Shown here: piece after piece, positions 10,385 through 19,514 of the stretch
How the letters are laid out: every line of letters starts with the position of its first letter
Position numbering within the stretch: position 1 is the stretch's first letter
Origin: Alphaproteobacteria bacterium UBA828
GTDB lineage: Bacteria > Pseudomonadota > Alphaproteobacteria > UBA828
Reading direction: 5' to 3'
Length of the DNA stretch: 64,000 nucleotides
NCBI GenBank assembly: GCA_002296185.1
Contig: DBHM01000006.1
Span: forward strand, 1,091 to 65,090
The notes under the pieces: generated by a model
Told to the model about the DNA's origin: nothing
Seen by the model: the letters and a program-made list of their open reading frames with translations, nothing else
The model's database searches: none
Position numbers and translations under genes: made by a program

Positions 10385-11761
10385 CTAATTACTTCCAGGA
10401 ATCCAATCAGTCCCAGCAAGAGGAACACCAGCCATAGCCGCGGCCTCTACTGTAAGAGCACAAAGATCTTCAGGCTCAAGATTGTGAAGGTGACTTTTGC
10501 TACAAGCTCTTGCAAGAGTCTGTGCTTCGAGAGTCATTACCTTGAGATAGTTACTAAGTCTTTTTCCAGCTACTTCAGGATCAAGCCGGGCGGCCAAAGT
10601 ATTATTTTGTGTTGTTATACCTGCAGGGTCATCACCACGGTGCCAAGAATCGTAGGCTCCAGCGGTAGAACCGAGCTTGTTATACTCATGCTCCCACTTA
10701 GGGTGGTTATCGCCAATTGCTATTAAGGCGGCAGTTCCAATTGAAACAGCGTCTGCACCCAGAGCAAGAACCTTTGCAACGTCAGCTCCATTTCTAATAC
10801 CTCCAGATATCACCAACTGCACCTTTCTATGCATTTTCAAATCCTGTAATGCCCTTACTGCTGGACGGATACATGCAAGGGTTGGTTGCCCAACATGCTC
10901 TATAAATACATCCTGTGTAGCAGCGGTACCTCCCTGCATACCATCAAGAACAACAACATCTGCACCTGCCTTAACAGACAAAGTGGTATCAAAATATGGA
11001 CGTGTTCCTCCGATCTTAACAAAAATTGGCTTTTCCCAATTTGTTATTTCACGGAGTTCTAGGATCTTAATCTCCAAATCATCAGGGCCAGTCCAATCCG
11101 GATGACGACAAGCTGAGCGCTGATCAATACCAGTTGGCAAACATCTCATACCGGCAACTCTATCGCTAATTTTCTGTCCGAGAAGCATACCGCCGCCGCC
11201 AGGCTTTGCTCCCTGCCCCACAACAATCTCAATGGCATCACAATTACGTAAATCATCTGGATTCATCCCATAACGAGAGGGTAAATACTGATATACCAAT
11301 TTATTAGAATGTCTTCTTTCCTCTTCGGTCATGCCCCCGTCACCTGTAGTAGTAGAGGTACCTGCCATAGTAGCCCCACGACCAAGAGCCTCTTTTGCAG
11401 GACCCGATAGAGCGCCAAAGCTCATTCCCGCTATAGTTATAGGTATATCAAGCTCTACAGGGTTTTTTGCAAAACGATTACCAAGAACTACGTTAGTATC
11501 ACATCTCTCTCTATAACCCTCTAGAGGATATCTAGAGATTGATGCACCCAAAACAAGCAAGTCATCAAAGTGAGGTAATGGTCTCTTTGCTCCTCCTCCT
11601 CGAATATCATAAATACCTGTCTCAGCTGCCCTTCGAATTTCTGCCATAGTATAATCATCAAAAGTAGATGATTTCCTTGTTGGCATTGAAGTATTTCGAT
11701 TTTCACTACCTACAAAACACTCGAGTAGTTCATCGAAAAAAGACCTCTTTTTATCAGACAT
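10385..11761 (-). CDS. glutamate-synthase FMN-domain protein (GlxD / N-methylglutamate synthase subunit C-like)
   Basis: 458 aa with a GltB central-domain motif (VVGQGAKPGGGGMLLG) and a TIM-barrel FMN region (ISGGIRNGADVAKVLALGAD). It is the third gene of a GATase / GXGXG / FMN trio. Confidence 0.85.
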   Translation of the reverse strand: MSDKKRSFFDELLECFVGSENRNTSMPTRKSSTFDDYTMAEIRRAAETGIYDIRGGGAKRPLPHFDDLLVLGASISRYPLEGYRERCDTNVVLGNRFAKNPVELDIPITIAGMSFGALSGPAKEALGRGATMAGTSTTTGDGGMTEEERRHSNKLVYQYLPSRYGMNPDDLRNCDAIEIVVGQGAKPGGGGMLLGQKISDRVAGMRCLPTGIDQRSACRHPDWTGPDDLEIKILELREITNWEKPIFVKIGGTRPYFDTTLSVKAGADVVVLDGMQGGTAATQDVFIEHVGQPTLACIRPAVRALQDLKMHRKVQLVISGGIRNGADVAKVLALGADAVSIGTAALIAIGDNHPKWEHEYNKLGSTAGAYDSWHRGDDPAGITTQNNTLAARLDPEVAGKRLSNYLKVMTLEAQTLARACSKSHLHNLEPEDLCALTVEAAAMAGVPLAGTDWIPGSN

Positions 11762-11772
11762 TTCAGTCCACC

Positions 11773-12456
11773 CTAATAAGCTGCTGAGTTATCAATATCA
11801 AAATTATAAAGTTTACGAGCAGAACCAAATCTTCTGAATTCTTTTGGATCTGCTTTCACATTTTCTGACAAAAAAAACTTTTCTAAATATTCTATGTGCT
11901 CTTGCCTCATTTCCTTCTCAATGCAATCTGCACCTAGACTCTTAACGTTACCTCGGATGAATATTTTCGCCTCATACAGCGAATCACCAAGAGAATCTCC
12001 CGCATCACCTAAAACTATCAGATTACCGGCCTGAGCCATAAACGCAGACATATGACCGATATTACCATGAACGAGAATATCTATTCCCTTCATAGATATT
12101 CCGCATCTAGATGATGCGTTACCCTTAATTACCAGCAATCCACCATGCCCAGTTGCCCCTGCGCACTGGCTTACATTTCCCTCTACAATAACTTTTCCTG
12201 ACATCATATTTTCAGCAACCCCAGGACCAGCAGATCCCTTGATATTGACTGATGCCAGTTTATTCATTCCCGCACAGTAGTAACCAACATGACCGTCAAT
12301 AAGAACTTCTAAATCACTATCCAGTCCCACTGCTATTGCATGAGCACCATCAGGGTTTAAAACCTTCCACTCCCCTTCGACAAACCTTAACGATTGTGAT
12401 TGTAGAAGTTCATTTAACTCACGCAAAGTACGTTCCTGTAAATTAAATTCACGCAT
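11773..12456 (-). CDS. GXGXG-motif protein (GltB C-terminal domain-like; GlxC / N-methylglutamate synthase subunit B-like)
   Basis: It carries repeated beta-helix G-x-x-G-x-x-x-G units (VIVEGNVSQCAGATGHGGLLVIKGNASSRCG...ILVHGNIGHMSAFMAQAGNLIVLGDAGDSLG). I placed the start at ATG 12456 (MREFNLQ), 2 nt after the upstream stop, rather than at the track start of 12501. Confidence 0.8.
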   Translation of the reverse strand: MREFNLQERTLRELNELLQSQSLRFVEGEWKVLNPDGAHAIAVGLDSDLEVLIDGHVGYYCAGMNKLASVNIKGSAGPGVAENMMSGKVIVEGNVSQCAGATGHGGLLVIKGNASSRCGISMKGIDILVHGNIGHMSAFMAQAGNLIVLGDAGDSLGDSLYEAKIFIRGNVKSLGADCIEKEMRQEHIEYLEKFFLSENVKADPKEFRRFGSARKLYNFDIDNSAAY

Positions 12457-12458
12457 TT

Positions 12459-13352
12459 CTAATTTTCCCAAAAATAAACGGTTCCTGGGTCTGGCTCCCA
12501 AACCTGTGCTAAATTAATAGAGGGCAAACCGACTAGAGCTCTATATTCTGAACCAAAAGCAACATATTTTTCGGTCTCTGCTAATACAGCTGGTTTACAT
12601 GCAATGGAGTCACGAACCACTCCAAAACCTTCCCGCGTCCCAACCACAAAAGTGAAAAAACCATCAAGATCTCTAAGTGCGCTTTGCATAGCATCACTAA
12701 GAGATGACCCGTTATCCATTTTATAACTTAAATATGCAGCCGCAACCTCACTATCATTCTCAGTTTCAAATTTCATTCCATGCCTTATTAACTGATTCCT
12801 AACAGTATTGTGGTTTGATAAAGAGCCATTGTGCACTAAACACTGATCTTCTCCTGTAGAGAAAGGATGACACCCTAATGTTGTAACAGCGGATTCAGTC
12901 GCCATCCTAGTGTGCCCTATACCATGACTACCCGACATACTATTTATCGAAAAACTTCTGGATACATCAGCCGGCAGGCCTATACCCTTAAATATTTCAA
13001 TAGTAGAACCAAAGCTTAGAGTATTTATTTCTGGAAACTGTGTATCGATTAAACTCTTAACAGGCTCAAAAAATTCCTCATTAACATCTAGTATTGCACT
13101 AGTACTTTTTGTATCGATTGAAACATTATTACCCCACCTAGACTCAATCTCATCTTTCAAGTTAACAAAGCTATTAGAATCAGAAGTATGCAAACTTATC
13201 TTCAAAATCTTATTTTTTTCTGTCCCATAAATGGCTATGCCTGCACTATCAGGTCCTCTGTCAGTCATTGTCTCCAACATCTCGGATAGCATGTGACCGA
13301 GTTTTGGGTGAAGTGATTTGTCCTTAAGAAATAAGCCAACAATGCCACACAT
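12459..13352 (-). CDS. class II (Ntn) glutamine amidotransferase-like protein (GlxB / N-methylglutamate synthase subunit A-like)
   Basis: An internal MCGIVGLF provides the obligatory N-terminal Cys nucleophile directly after Met. An AAGGGGA Shine-Dalgarno lies 8 nt upstream of ATG 13352. The track's longer start at 13397 would bury the Cys. Confidence 0.8.
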   Translation of the reverse strand: MCGIVGLFLKDKSLHPKLGHMLSEMLETMTDRGPDSAGIAIYGTEKNKILKISLHTSDSNSFVNLKDEIESRWGNNVSIDTKSTSAILDVNEEFFEPVKSLIDTQFPEINTLSFGSTIEIFKGIGLPADVSRSFSINSMSGSHGIGHTRMATESAVTTLGCHPFSTGEDQCLVHNGSLSNHNTVRNQLIRHGMKFETENDSEVAAAYLSYKMDNGSSLSDAMQSALRDLDGFFTFVVGTREGFGVVRDSIACKPAVLAETEKYVAFGSEYRALVGLPSINLAQVWEPDPGTVYFWEN

Positions 13353-13380
13353 ACGAAAAATCCCCTTGAGCATGACGCAA

Positions 13381-13459
13381 ATAAGGTTAGAAACCAAATG
13401 ATGAAATCAGGGCTTATAAAAAAATAAGCACAAAATAACTACCATATGCCTAACCTTAT
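13381..13459 (-). promoter_or_regulatory. leader inverted repeat upstream of the glxB-like gene
   Basis: A perfect 10-nt inverted repeat, ATAAGGTTAG (13381-13390) / CTAACCTTAT (13450-13459), lies 29-107 nt upstream of start 13352. An inner GCTTAT/ATAAGC hairpin sits inside it. Function unknown. Confidence 0.3.
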
Positions 13460-13700
13460 GCTCTGTTCGTGTGGTGTCCAGAAAAATTTCATGAAAAGAA
13501 AGTATTTTTCCTATAATACAAAGCGGCATAGCCTAATAGATGACTATATCCTTTATATTAAAGTATTGTTTTAAATATATTTTTACTGATATCCCAATAA
13601 CTTGGATAGATCCATAATTGCCAAGATTACACTCTAAGGGCTACTGGAAAACAAGGCGCTAATTTAACGTAATTAGACTTTTGAAGAGAATCTCAAAATA

Positions 13701-14048
13701 TCAAGCAGATTTCTGCGCACAGTAGATACAATTGACCACTGCTGGATCACTTCTAAGACGTTCTATAGCTATAGGCTCCTCACAAATAACACAGTAGCCA
13801 TAATTCTTTTCTTCGATCCTAGACAGTGCAGAATTAATTAGTTTTATTGATAACTGACGACGTTGCTCTGAATCTATCTGCATAGCTTGTAATTGTATAT
13901 TATCCATTCTGCTTATTCGACCCACAGAAGATTGATCTAATAATACTGGCTGTCTGTCTGTTTGTGTTTGCTCAGAAAGTTGCATAAGAAGATTTTTTTT
14001 GCTTAGGAGACTCTCTTGGATTTCCTCAATTTGCTTATTTGTTAACAT
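13701..14048 (-). CDS. DksA/TraR-family C4 zinc-finger protein
   Basis: 115 aa with an N-terminal coiled coil and a C-terminal CxxC-x17-CxxC (CVICEEPIAIERLRSDPAVVNCIYCAQ). Confidence 0.8.
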   Translation of the reverse strand: MLTNKQIEEIQESLLSKKNLLMQLSEQTQTDRQPVLLDQSSVGRISRMDNIQLQAMQIDSEQRRQLSIKLINSALSRIEEKNYGYCVICEEPIAIERLRSDPAVVNCIYCAQKSA

Positions 14049-14101
14049 AGCGTTTATTTACTTTAATAAAAATTATGATATTTCATCAGAAACTAACGTT
14101 T

Positions 14102-15409
14102 TTATAATTTAGTAACAAGATTTCCCAAATCATCAAATTCAATATTCATTTTTTCTGAAATAACACTTCCGTAGTCTCCAAGGTCATCAACTAATGATGG
14201 AGATAGAAGAATTTCATCTAAATGTAGTGTAGATTTGATAATGCAAAGTCGTGCATTTTCTCCATCGAGTCTCCATGAAGAAGCAACTGCTGCTCTGATC
14301 GCCTGAGAGTCATCGGCTAATACTGGAGGAATACCAACTTTCTCAACTGACGTTGCAGTAGTTCCATTAAGATACATTGCATACAAGTCCAATCCATCAA
14401 CAACTCTCTTAGTCGTAAAGTCAGCCGCACCTATTCCTAAACCATTACCATGACTTTCAGGAGTAACTCCAAGAACAACCAGCTTATTAACAAAAGGACG
14501 GTCAGGGTTAGGTTTTCCACGTATTTCAGCTCTACCTGAAATAGCAGGATCCATACCACTACCTGAAATATTCTTACCTAACTCCTGAACTATAAGCACA
14601 TCTATTTGGCCAAATGGTAGTTTTGGTAATAATTCTTTTGCCTTGATAAGAAGCTGACTATCAACACTGTGAAAATCCTCAGGTTCTGCACCCTCGATAA
14701 AAGTAGCCTCGTGATGTGAATTCTCAACAATTCCTATGCCGTAGGCTATATTAGAGTTATCTATTGCGACTCTTGCACACTCTGGCAAAACATCTGAATA
14801 ACCCTTAGGACCCAACCTATGAATAAGTCGAGCACCCTTCGCTTTCCCAAGCCCAATAGCAATCATCTTAACTATCCCACTTTCAATTTCTCTGGGGAAA
14901 GATGTATGTTGCTTAACCCTATTAATGACAAGTACACCATCTGCCTCTGAAGCATTTTGATCAAAATATACAGGTATGTTATGAGAGGTTTTCCCAAGCT
15001 CAACAACATCCATAGTTGCTTTTACAGGACAACCCATTGTGTCTTCAGAAAAACCTAGTTCCTTAAGAAGCTGCATTTGTCCATCAGCAGTTGAACCACC
15101 ATGACTTCCCATACCCGGAACAATGAAGGGCTTTAACCCCCTACCTTTGAGCCAATTAATTGCTGTACGAACAATTTCTGGCTTAGACTTTATACCTCGA
15201 CTGCCGCATGTTACCGCAACACTCCCCCCTTCCGGTAGGGTATTTAGGCGCTTAGATTTTTCAAGAAGACCAATAATATGACCAGGAATATCATTTATTG
15301 GTGCTGAATAGGGATGATTTAGCTTAACTCGATAGACAAACGGCAAAGGTTCAGTTTCTGCAACTGGTAAACGTATTATTGGGAAATTAGGACTATTCTG
15401 CTTTGACAT
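14102..15409 (-). CDS. LarA N-terminal-domain-like (DUF2088-type) protein, function unknown
   Basis: 435 aa. The block VAVTCGSRGIKSKPEIVRTAINWLKGRGLKPFIVPGMGSHGGSTADGQ resembles the family I recall annotated as lactate-racemase-domain / DUF2088 proteins. The assignment is from memory only. It is co-directional with hyuAB, 39 nt downstream. Confidence 0.4.
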   Translation of the reverse strand: MSKQNSPNFPIIRLPVAETEPLPFVYRVKLNHPYSAPINDIPGHIIGLLEKSKRLNTLPEGGSVAVTCGSRGIKSKPEIVRTAINWLKGRGLKPFIVPGMGSHGGSTADGQMQLLKELGFSEDTMGCPVKATMDVVELGKTSHNIPVYFDQNASEADGVLVINRVKQHTSFPREIESGIVKMIAIGLGKAKGARLIHRLGPKGYSDVLPECARVAIDNSNIAYGIGIVENSHHEATFIEGAEPEDFHSVDSQLLIKAKELLPKLPFGQIDVLIVQELGKNISGSGMDPAISGRAEIRGKPNPDRPFVNKLVVLGVTPESHGNGLGIGAADFTTKRVVDGLDLYAMYLNGTTATSVEKVGIPPVLADDSQAIRAAVASSWRLDGENARLCIIKSTLHLDEILLSPSLVDDLGDYGSVISEKMNIEFDDLGNLVTKL

Positions 15410-15448
15410 TTCTTTTAAACCCTTCTTTCATCGAACAATATAGCATAA

Positions 15449-17269
15449 TTACTTATCACCCTTTTTTCTTAATTCTGCAGTAGCTAAATCATCAACTAGC
15501 AAATCTCCTGAATCAATGGATCCTGAAAATACTACTCCATATACATCCTCAGCTCTTTCTATAGTTTCATATTTTTCCATAACGTCATAGAGTACACGCT
15601 CTGGATCACGCTTTAGGGGACTTCCATACCCTCCCCCTCCACTTTGATTACCACGGACAATTTCACCTTTAGTTAAATTAACTATAGCTACGTTAGGTAA
15701 TTCGTCTTCGCTACCATCTTCATGAACTATAAAATGACTACAGTTTTTACCATTAAGTCCGCCCCTTACGCCCTTTGGTGGATAGTGGGTCCCATCACAC
15801 GGCCAAATCACACTCATATTATTATTTATCGGACCGTAAGCTACTTCCTGTCCAGGAGCCCCCCTGTATCTGCCCGCACCTCCGCTTCCAGGAATCAAGC
15901 GTAAAAAATGAAATAACATAGGATGCTTTAATTCATCTATTTCGATCGAATCTCTATACATCAACCCCCCAACAACCGGTATACCATATGTTATCCACCC
16001 ATCAGAGCTTGATGAAGCGGGCCCTCCGCTTGCAGCAATATGCAATTGATTTACATATGGCTTATTATCAACTCGGTGATCATCACCTGAAACTACAGCG
16101 AAACCAGCCCCCAAACCAATACCGCCTTCTGCCAGACCCCAACCATCACCTATCTGAGCAAAAGCAGCCTGAGTTATGTTGATAAGACGGTCTGCTATAT
16201 TTGTTGTAGCAACAGAACAACTATGAGGAAAACTAGGTCTCCCAACAACAGCTCCATCTTTAAGATGTAATTTAATTCTTCTAAAAGAACCAGAGTTCCG
16301 GGGTACAGACGAATCTATAGAATTGAAGACCCCGGCTATAGATGCAGCAGACGTACAAGCTTCGCTTTGATTGAATCCACAGTTTACATTAGGAGGATGG
16401 TCAGTAAGATCGAGTTTTATAATTGCTTCTTCCGGGTCTATATCCAAAGTTACCTTCAAAGGTATGCCATCTGGTAAAAGGTCGCCAAAGGGATCATGAG
16501 CTCCGCTATTAGTCAAAGTAGCCCTCGGTAACTTACCTATTGCCTGAATCATTCTTTCTTCAGAATAATCGAGCCAATGTGTAATAAAATTCTTAATTAT
16601 ATGTTTTCCATACTTACCACAAAGCTCCTTCAAACGCTTCTCACCTATACGAGCTGACCCTATACCCGCCAGGAAATCGCCATACCACTGGCTAGGCACA
16701 CGAACTCTAGATTGACACATACGTACAATATCTTGGACCATTTCATAATTTTCCTGCACCTTCACAGCCGGAAAAATGAGAGCGCCTTCTTCATATTGAT
16801 CTTTTGCACCTGCCATATAAGTTGTTGGAGCAGCATTTCCAACATCTGCCTGATGAGCTTTTGCTATTGCGGTGAAAAAATGTTCTCCATCAAAGAAAAC
16901 AGGAACTAAAAATGTATGATCTGCTGCATGAGTATTACCTGAATACGGATCATTATGCAGGTAACAGTCCCCTTCATTAATATTCCCAGAATGGAAATCA
17001 TACATAGCTTTTGTCTGTAAATGAGAACCAAAAATATGTATGGGCAGGCCTTCAGCTGAGGCTAAAAGCTGATTATCTGAAGTACAGATTGCACATGAAA
17101 AATCTCGGGCTGAATTAATAACGGCTGACCTTGCAGAACGAAGAAGCGTATTAGTCATTTCGCGTATTATACCATCAACCCTATTTGCAATTATTGCTGT
17201 CATATAAGGGTCAAATTCAGCTGACCTATCTCTAAATGAATTTATTTTTTTTATCATATGTTTACTCAA
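15449..17269 (-). CDS. hyuB: hydantoinase B / oxoprolinase family protein (beta subunit of ATP-dependent hydantoinase/lactamase)
   Basis: 606 aa with HyuB-like length and content, immediately downstream of hyuA. The start is ambiguous: TTG at 17269 overlaps the hyuA stop, or ATG at 17257. Confidence 0.8.
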   Translation of the reverse strand: MSKHMIKKINSFRDRSAEFDPYMTAIIANRVDGIIREMTNTLLRSARSAVINSARDFSCAICTSDNQLLASAEGLPIHIFGSHLQTKAMYDFHSGNINEGDCYLHNDPYSGNTHAADHTFLVPVFFDGEHFFTAIAKAHQADVGNAAPTTYMAGAKDQYEEGALIFPAVKVQENYEMVQDIVRMCQSRVRVPSQWYGDFLAGIGSARIGEKRLKELCGKYGKHIIKNFITHWLDYSEERMIQAIGKLPRATLTNSGAHDPFGDLLPDGIPLKVTLDIDPEEAIIKLDLTDHPPNVNCGFNQSEACTSAASIAGVFNSIDSSVPRNSGSFRRIKLHLKDGAVVGRPSFPHSCSVATTNIADRLINITQAAFAQIGDGWGLAEGGIGLGAGFAVVSGDDHRVDNKPYVNQLHIAASGGPASSSSDGWITYGIPVVGGLMYRDSIEIDELKHPMLFHFLRLIPGSGGAGRYRGAPGQEVAYGPINNNMSVIWPCDGTHYPPKGVRGGLNGKNCSHFIVHEDGSEDELPNVAIVNLTKGEIVRGNQSGGGGYGSPLKRDPERVLYDVMEKYETIERAEDVYGVVFSGSIDSGDLLVDDLATAELRKKGDK

Positions 17270-19344
17270 TTATTTATAACAACTAAATAATTTCCATTTT
17301 CGCTCACTGTGATAGCCATATCAGGATAGACAACTATCGTTGTAGTTGGCTCTTCTATAATAGCAGGACCCTCTATATGTTTACCAACTGTAAGACTAGA
17401 TCCCCTATACACCGGTGTATCCATCGGTTCTTGATAACCAAACCAACATACGCGATTGCCTGCCATTATTTTACTACTGTCTTTTTTATTTTTGTTATCA
17501 ATAATAGATTGACTGGAAACCTTGAGACTAAGACGAGCCTTCCAGCTCATTACCTCCACTGAGCTTCCTTCGTCTCTAACAGCAAAAACTCTTTCATGGA
17601 CCTTATGGAAAGACTCTATGAAAGCATCTAAATCTCTATTGTTTTTTAACCGGCCAGTAGTAATAGGTGTATCAAGCTCCCATACCTGACCCTCATAGCG
17701 TGCTTCTGCAGTTAACTCCATGTAGAAAGGAGAATCATTATATACAGGCATAGAATGACGAAAGATTGTTAATTTTCTTTCCAAAGAATCAAGAAGACTA
17801 TTAACCCCTTCAAAATCAAAGTTAGCTGAACTAGTAAACAAACTAGCCGACTCTTCACACACTATATCTGCAAACTGCATCCCAGCCGCAGACAAAGCAG
17901 ATGCAACTTTGGGAATAATAACTCTTTGACAACCTAATTCTTCAGCAATTTTCAAAATATTTAATCCTGCAGCGCCACCACCAGCCACAATGGTACTATC
18001 TCGCGGGTCAAATCCTTCATTAATAGTAATATCACTAATAGCCCCCATCATTAAATCACTTGCAAGATTCAGAATTTGCCAAGCCGCCAACTCAACTTGG
18101 ATTCCTATAGGATTAGACACTTTTTCTAAAACTTTATATGCAGAAGCAATATCGAGAGCCATCATCCCACCTAAGAAAAATTCTGGATTAAAGTACCCAA
18201 GAACAGCTGCGGCATCTGATACTGTCGGATCCTTACCTCCCAGGCCATAACATGCAGGCCCAGGTTTAGCGCCGGCAGACTGCGGCCCAACTCTCATCAA
18301 ACCACCCTCATCTATCCAGGCTATTGAACCACCTCCAGCACCAATCGAGCGAACATCTACTGACGAAACACCTAATAAATGTCCAGTATACGGTTGCCCC
18401 ATCCAGGAATCCCTTGAAAAAGCAAGGCGTCCAGCCCTAACAAGGCCAACATCAAACGTTGTTCCTCCAGAGTCACATACGATGACATCGTTACCCTGCC
18501 CTTCTATACTTGAAAACTCCAATCCAGCAATTGGAGCCATAGCTGGACCAGAGTTAACCGTATAAATTGGTTTATCTATTAACGTATCAATATTACTACA
18601 TCCGCCTGATACATTAGAAACCAAAATCTCACCTGAATAACCCGCACCGCGAAGATCTACTTCTAGTCCTTTTAGATGGCTTTGCATTAAAGGCTTAAGA
18701 GAAGCATCTATAGCAGTTGCAGAAGAACGTCTATACTCTCGCACTACAGGTATGAGTTTATGCGATAATGTAAAGGGAATACCTGGTAAAGTTTCCTGAA
18801 TTAGCTCACCCATTTCCTGTTCATGGGTAGGGTTAGCTATTGACCATAAAAAACATACAGCTATTGCCTCAAATTCTTTATCGCCAACTTCCAAACATAC
18901 AGATTTAGCCTTTTTATAATTAAATGGAATAACTTCCATTCCACTTGAATCAATTCTACCTTCTATCTCAAACGTGTGACGCCGAGGAATATAAGGTTTT
19001 GGAAATTCCTTTGAAAAGTCGTGTGGATTGAATTTACCCCCTTCTTTAACTACTAATGTATCTGGAAATCCAGCAGTAGTAATAAATGCCGTATTAGCTA
19101 CCTTTCCAGTAACTATAGCGTTAGTCGCTCGAGTTGTACCGTAAATTAGGATATCTGCATTACTCAGTAATTCCTTTAAGGAAATACTCAATTCTTCAGC
19201 TGCTACTTTAAGGGCATTTTCCATTCCCTCATAAATTCGTTCAGGGGTAGTTAAAGATTTACCAATAGTATAATGTCCGCTTTGGTCACTGACCACTACG
19301 TCTGTAAAAGTTCCTCCAGTATCTACAGAAATTCTATAAGACAT
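17266..19344 (-). CDS. hyuA: hydantoinase/oxoprolinase family protein (alpha subunit)
   Basis: It has the ISVDTGGTFTDVV N-terminal ATPase motif and a second ASKHA-type motif, VCDSGGTTFDV. I placed the start at ATG 19344 (MSYRISVDTGG) with a GGGAG Shine-Dalgarno; the track uses an upstream TTG at 19362. Confidence 0.85.
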   Translation of the reverse strand: MSYRISVDTGGTFTDVVVSDQSGHYTIGKSLTTPERIYEGMENALKVAAEELSISLKELLSNADILIYGTTRATNAIVTGKVANTAFITTAGFPDTLVVKEGGKFNPHDFSKEFPKPYIPRRHTFEIEGRIDSSGMEVIPFNYKKAKSVCLEVGDKEFEAIAVCFLWSIANPTHEQEMGELIQETLPGIPFTLSHKLIPVVREYRRSSATAIDASLKPLMQSHLKGLEVDLRGAGYSGEILVSNVSGGCSNIDTLIDKPIYTVNSGPAMAPIAGLEFSSIEGQGNDVIVCDSGGTTFDVGLVRAGRLAFSRDSWMGQPYTGHLLGVSSVDVRSIGAGGGSIAWIDEGGLMRVGPQSAGAKPGPACYGLGGKDPTVSDAAAVLGYFNPEFFLGGMMALDIASAYKVLEKVSNPIGIQVELAAWQILNLASDLMMGAISDITINEGFDPRDSTIVAGGGAAGLNILKIAEELGCQRVIIPKVASALSAAGMQFADIVCEESASLFTSSANFDFEGVNSLLDSLERKLTIFRHSMPVYNDSPFYMELTAEARYEGQVWELDTPITTGRLKNNRDLDAFIESFHKVHERVFAVRDEGSSVEVMSWKARLSLKVSSQSIIDNKNKKDSSKIMAGNRVCWFGYQEPMDTPVYRGSSLTVGKHIEGPAIIEEPTTTIVVYPDMAITVSENGNYLVVINN

Positions 19345-19514
19345 TATAGCGCTTACTCCCAATTGGCACTTTAGTTAAAATTATATAAGTGATACAATAC
19401 CCCTCCAAACATATATTCCAAATAATAATTATTGTAATATATAGAGTAGTAATGCCTATACTACCAATGTGTAGTTATTGTTGACTAATATCTGCATTTC
19501 AGGGGAAGACCAGC

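Noticed and set aside
10677-11105. 142-aa plus-strand ORF, and similar embedded antisense ORFs: 338-610, 1321-1584, 10484-10726, 27252-27608, 37452-37820, 42009-42338, 42913-43203 and 60950-61249.
   Set aside because: Each lies entirely inside a longer opposite-strand (or same-strand, different-frame) ORF with clear family motifs. They have low-complexity or skewed composition and lack ribosome-binding sites. They are typical shadow ORFs.
12459-13397. The track's longer ORF start (MVSNLICVMLKGIFRMCGIVG...) for the amidotransferase-like gene.
   Set aside because: Ntn-type amidotransferases need Cys as the first residue after Met removal. The internal ATG at 13352 gives MCGIVG and has a good Shine-Dalgarno, so the extension is treated as 5' UTR.
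13398-13700. Possible glutamine (glnA-type) riboswitch upstream of the amidotransferase-like gene.
   Set aside because: There is no CGUUCA ... GGACGGAAGUAGG ... GAAGGAACG-like elements on the coding (minus) strand. Only a generic 10-bp inverted repeat was found, and that is reported separately at low confidence.
14102-15409. Calling this ORF a bona fide nickel-dependent lactate racemase (larA).
   Set aside because: Only the N-terminal-domain pattern looks related. I cannot identify the cofactor-tethering Lys/His residues of LarA, and larB and larC are absent from the window. It is kept as a family-level, low-confidence call.
17257-17269. ATGA-type translational coupling between hyuA and hyuB, like the cof genes.
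   Set aside because: The codon overlapping the hyuA stop is TTG, not ATG, and an ATG lies 12 nt further in. The start is ambiguous, so coupling is not claimed.
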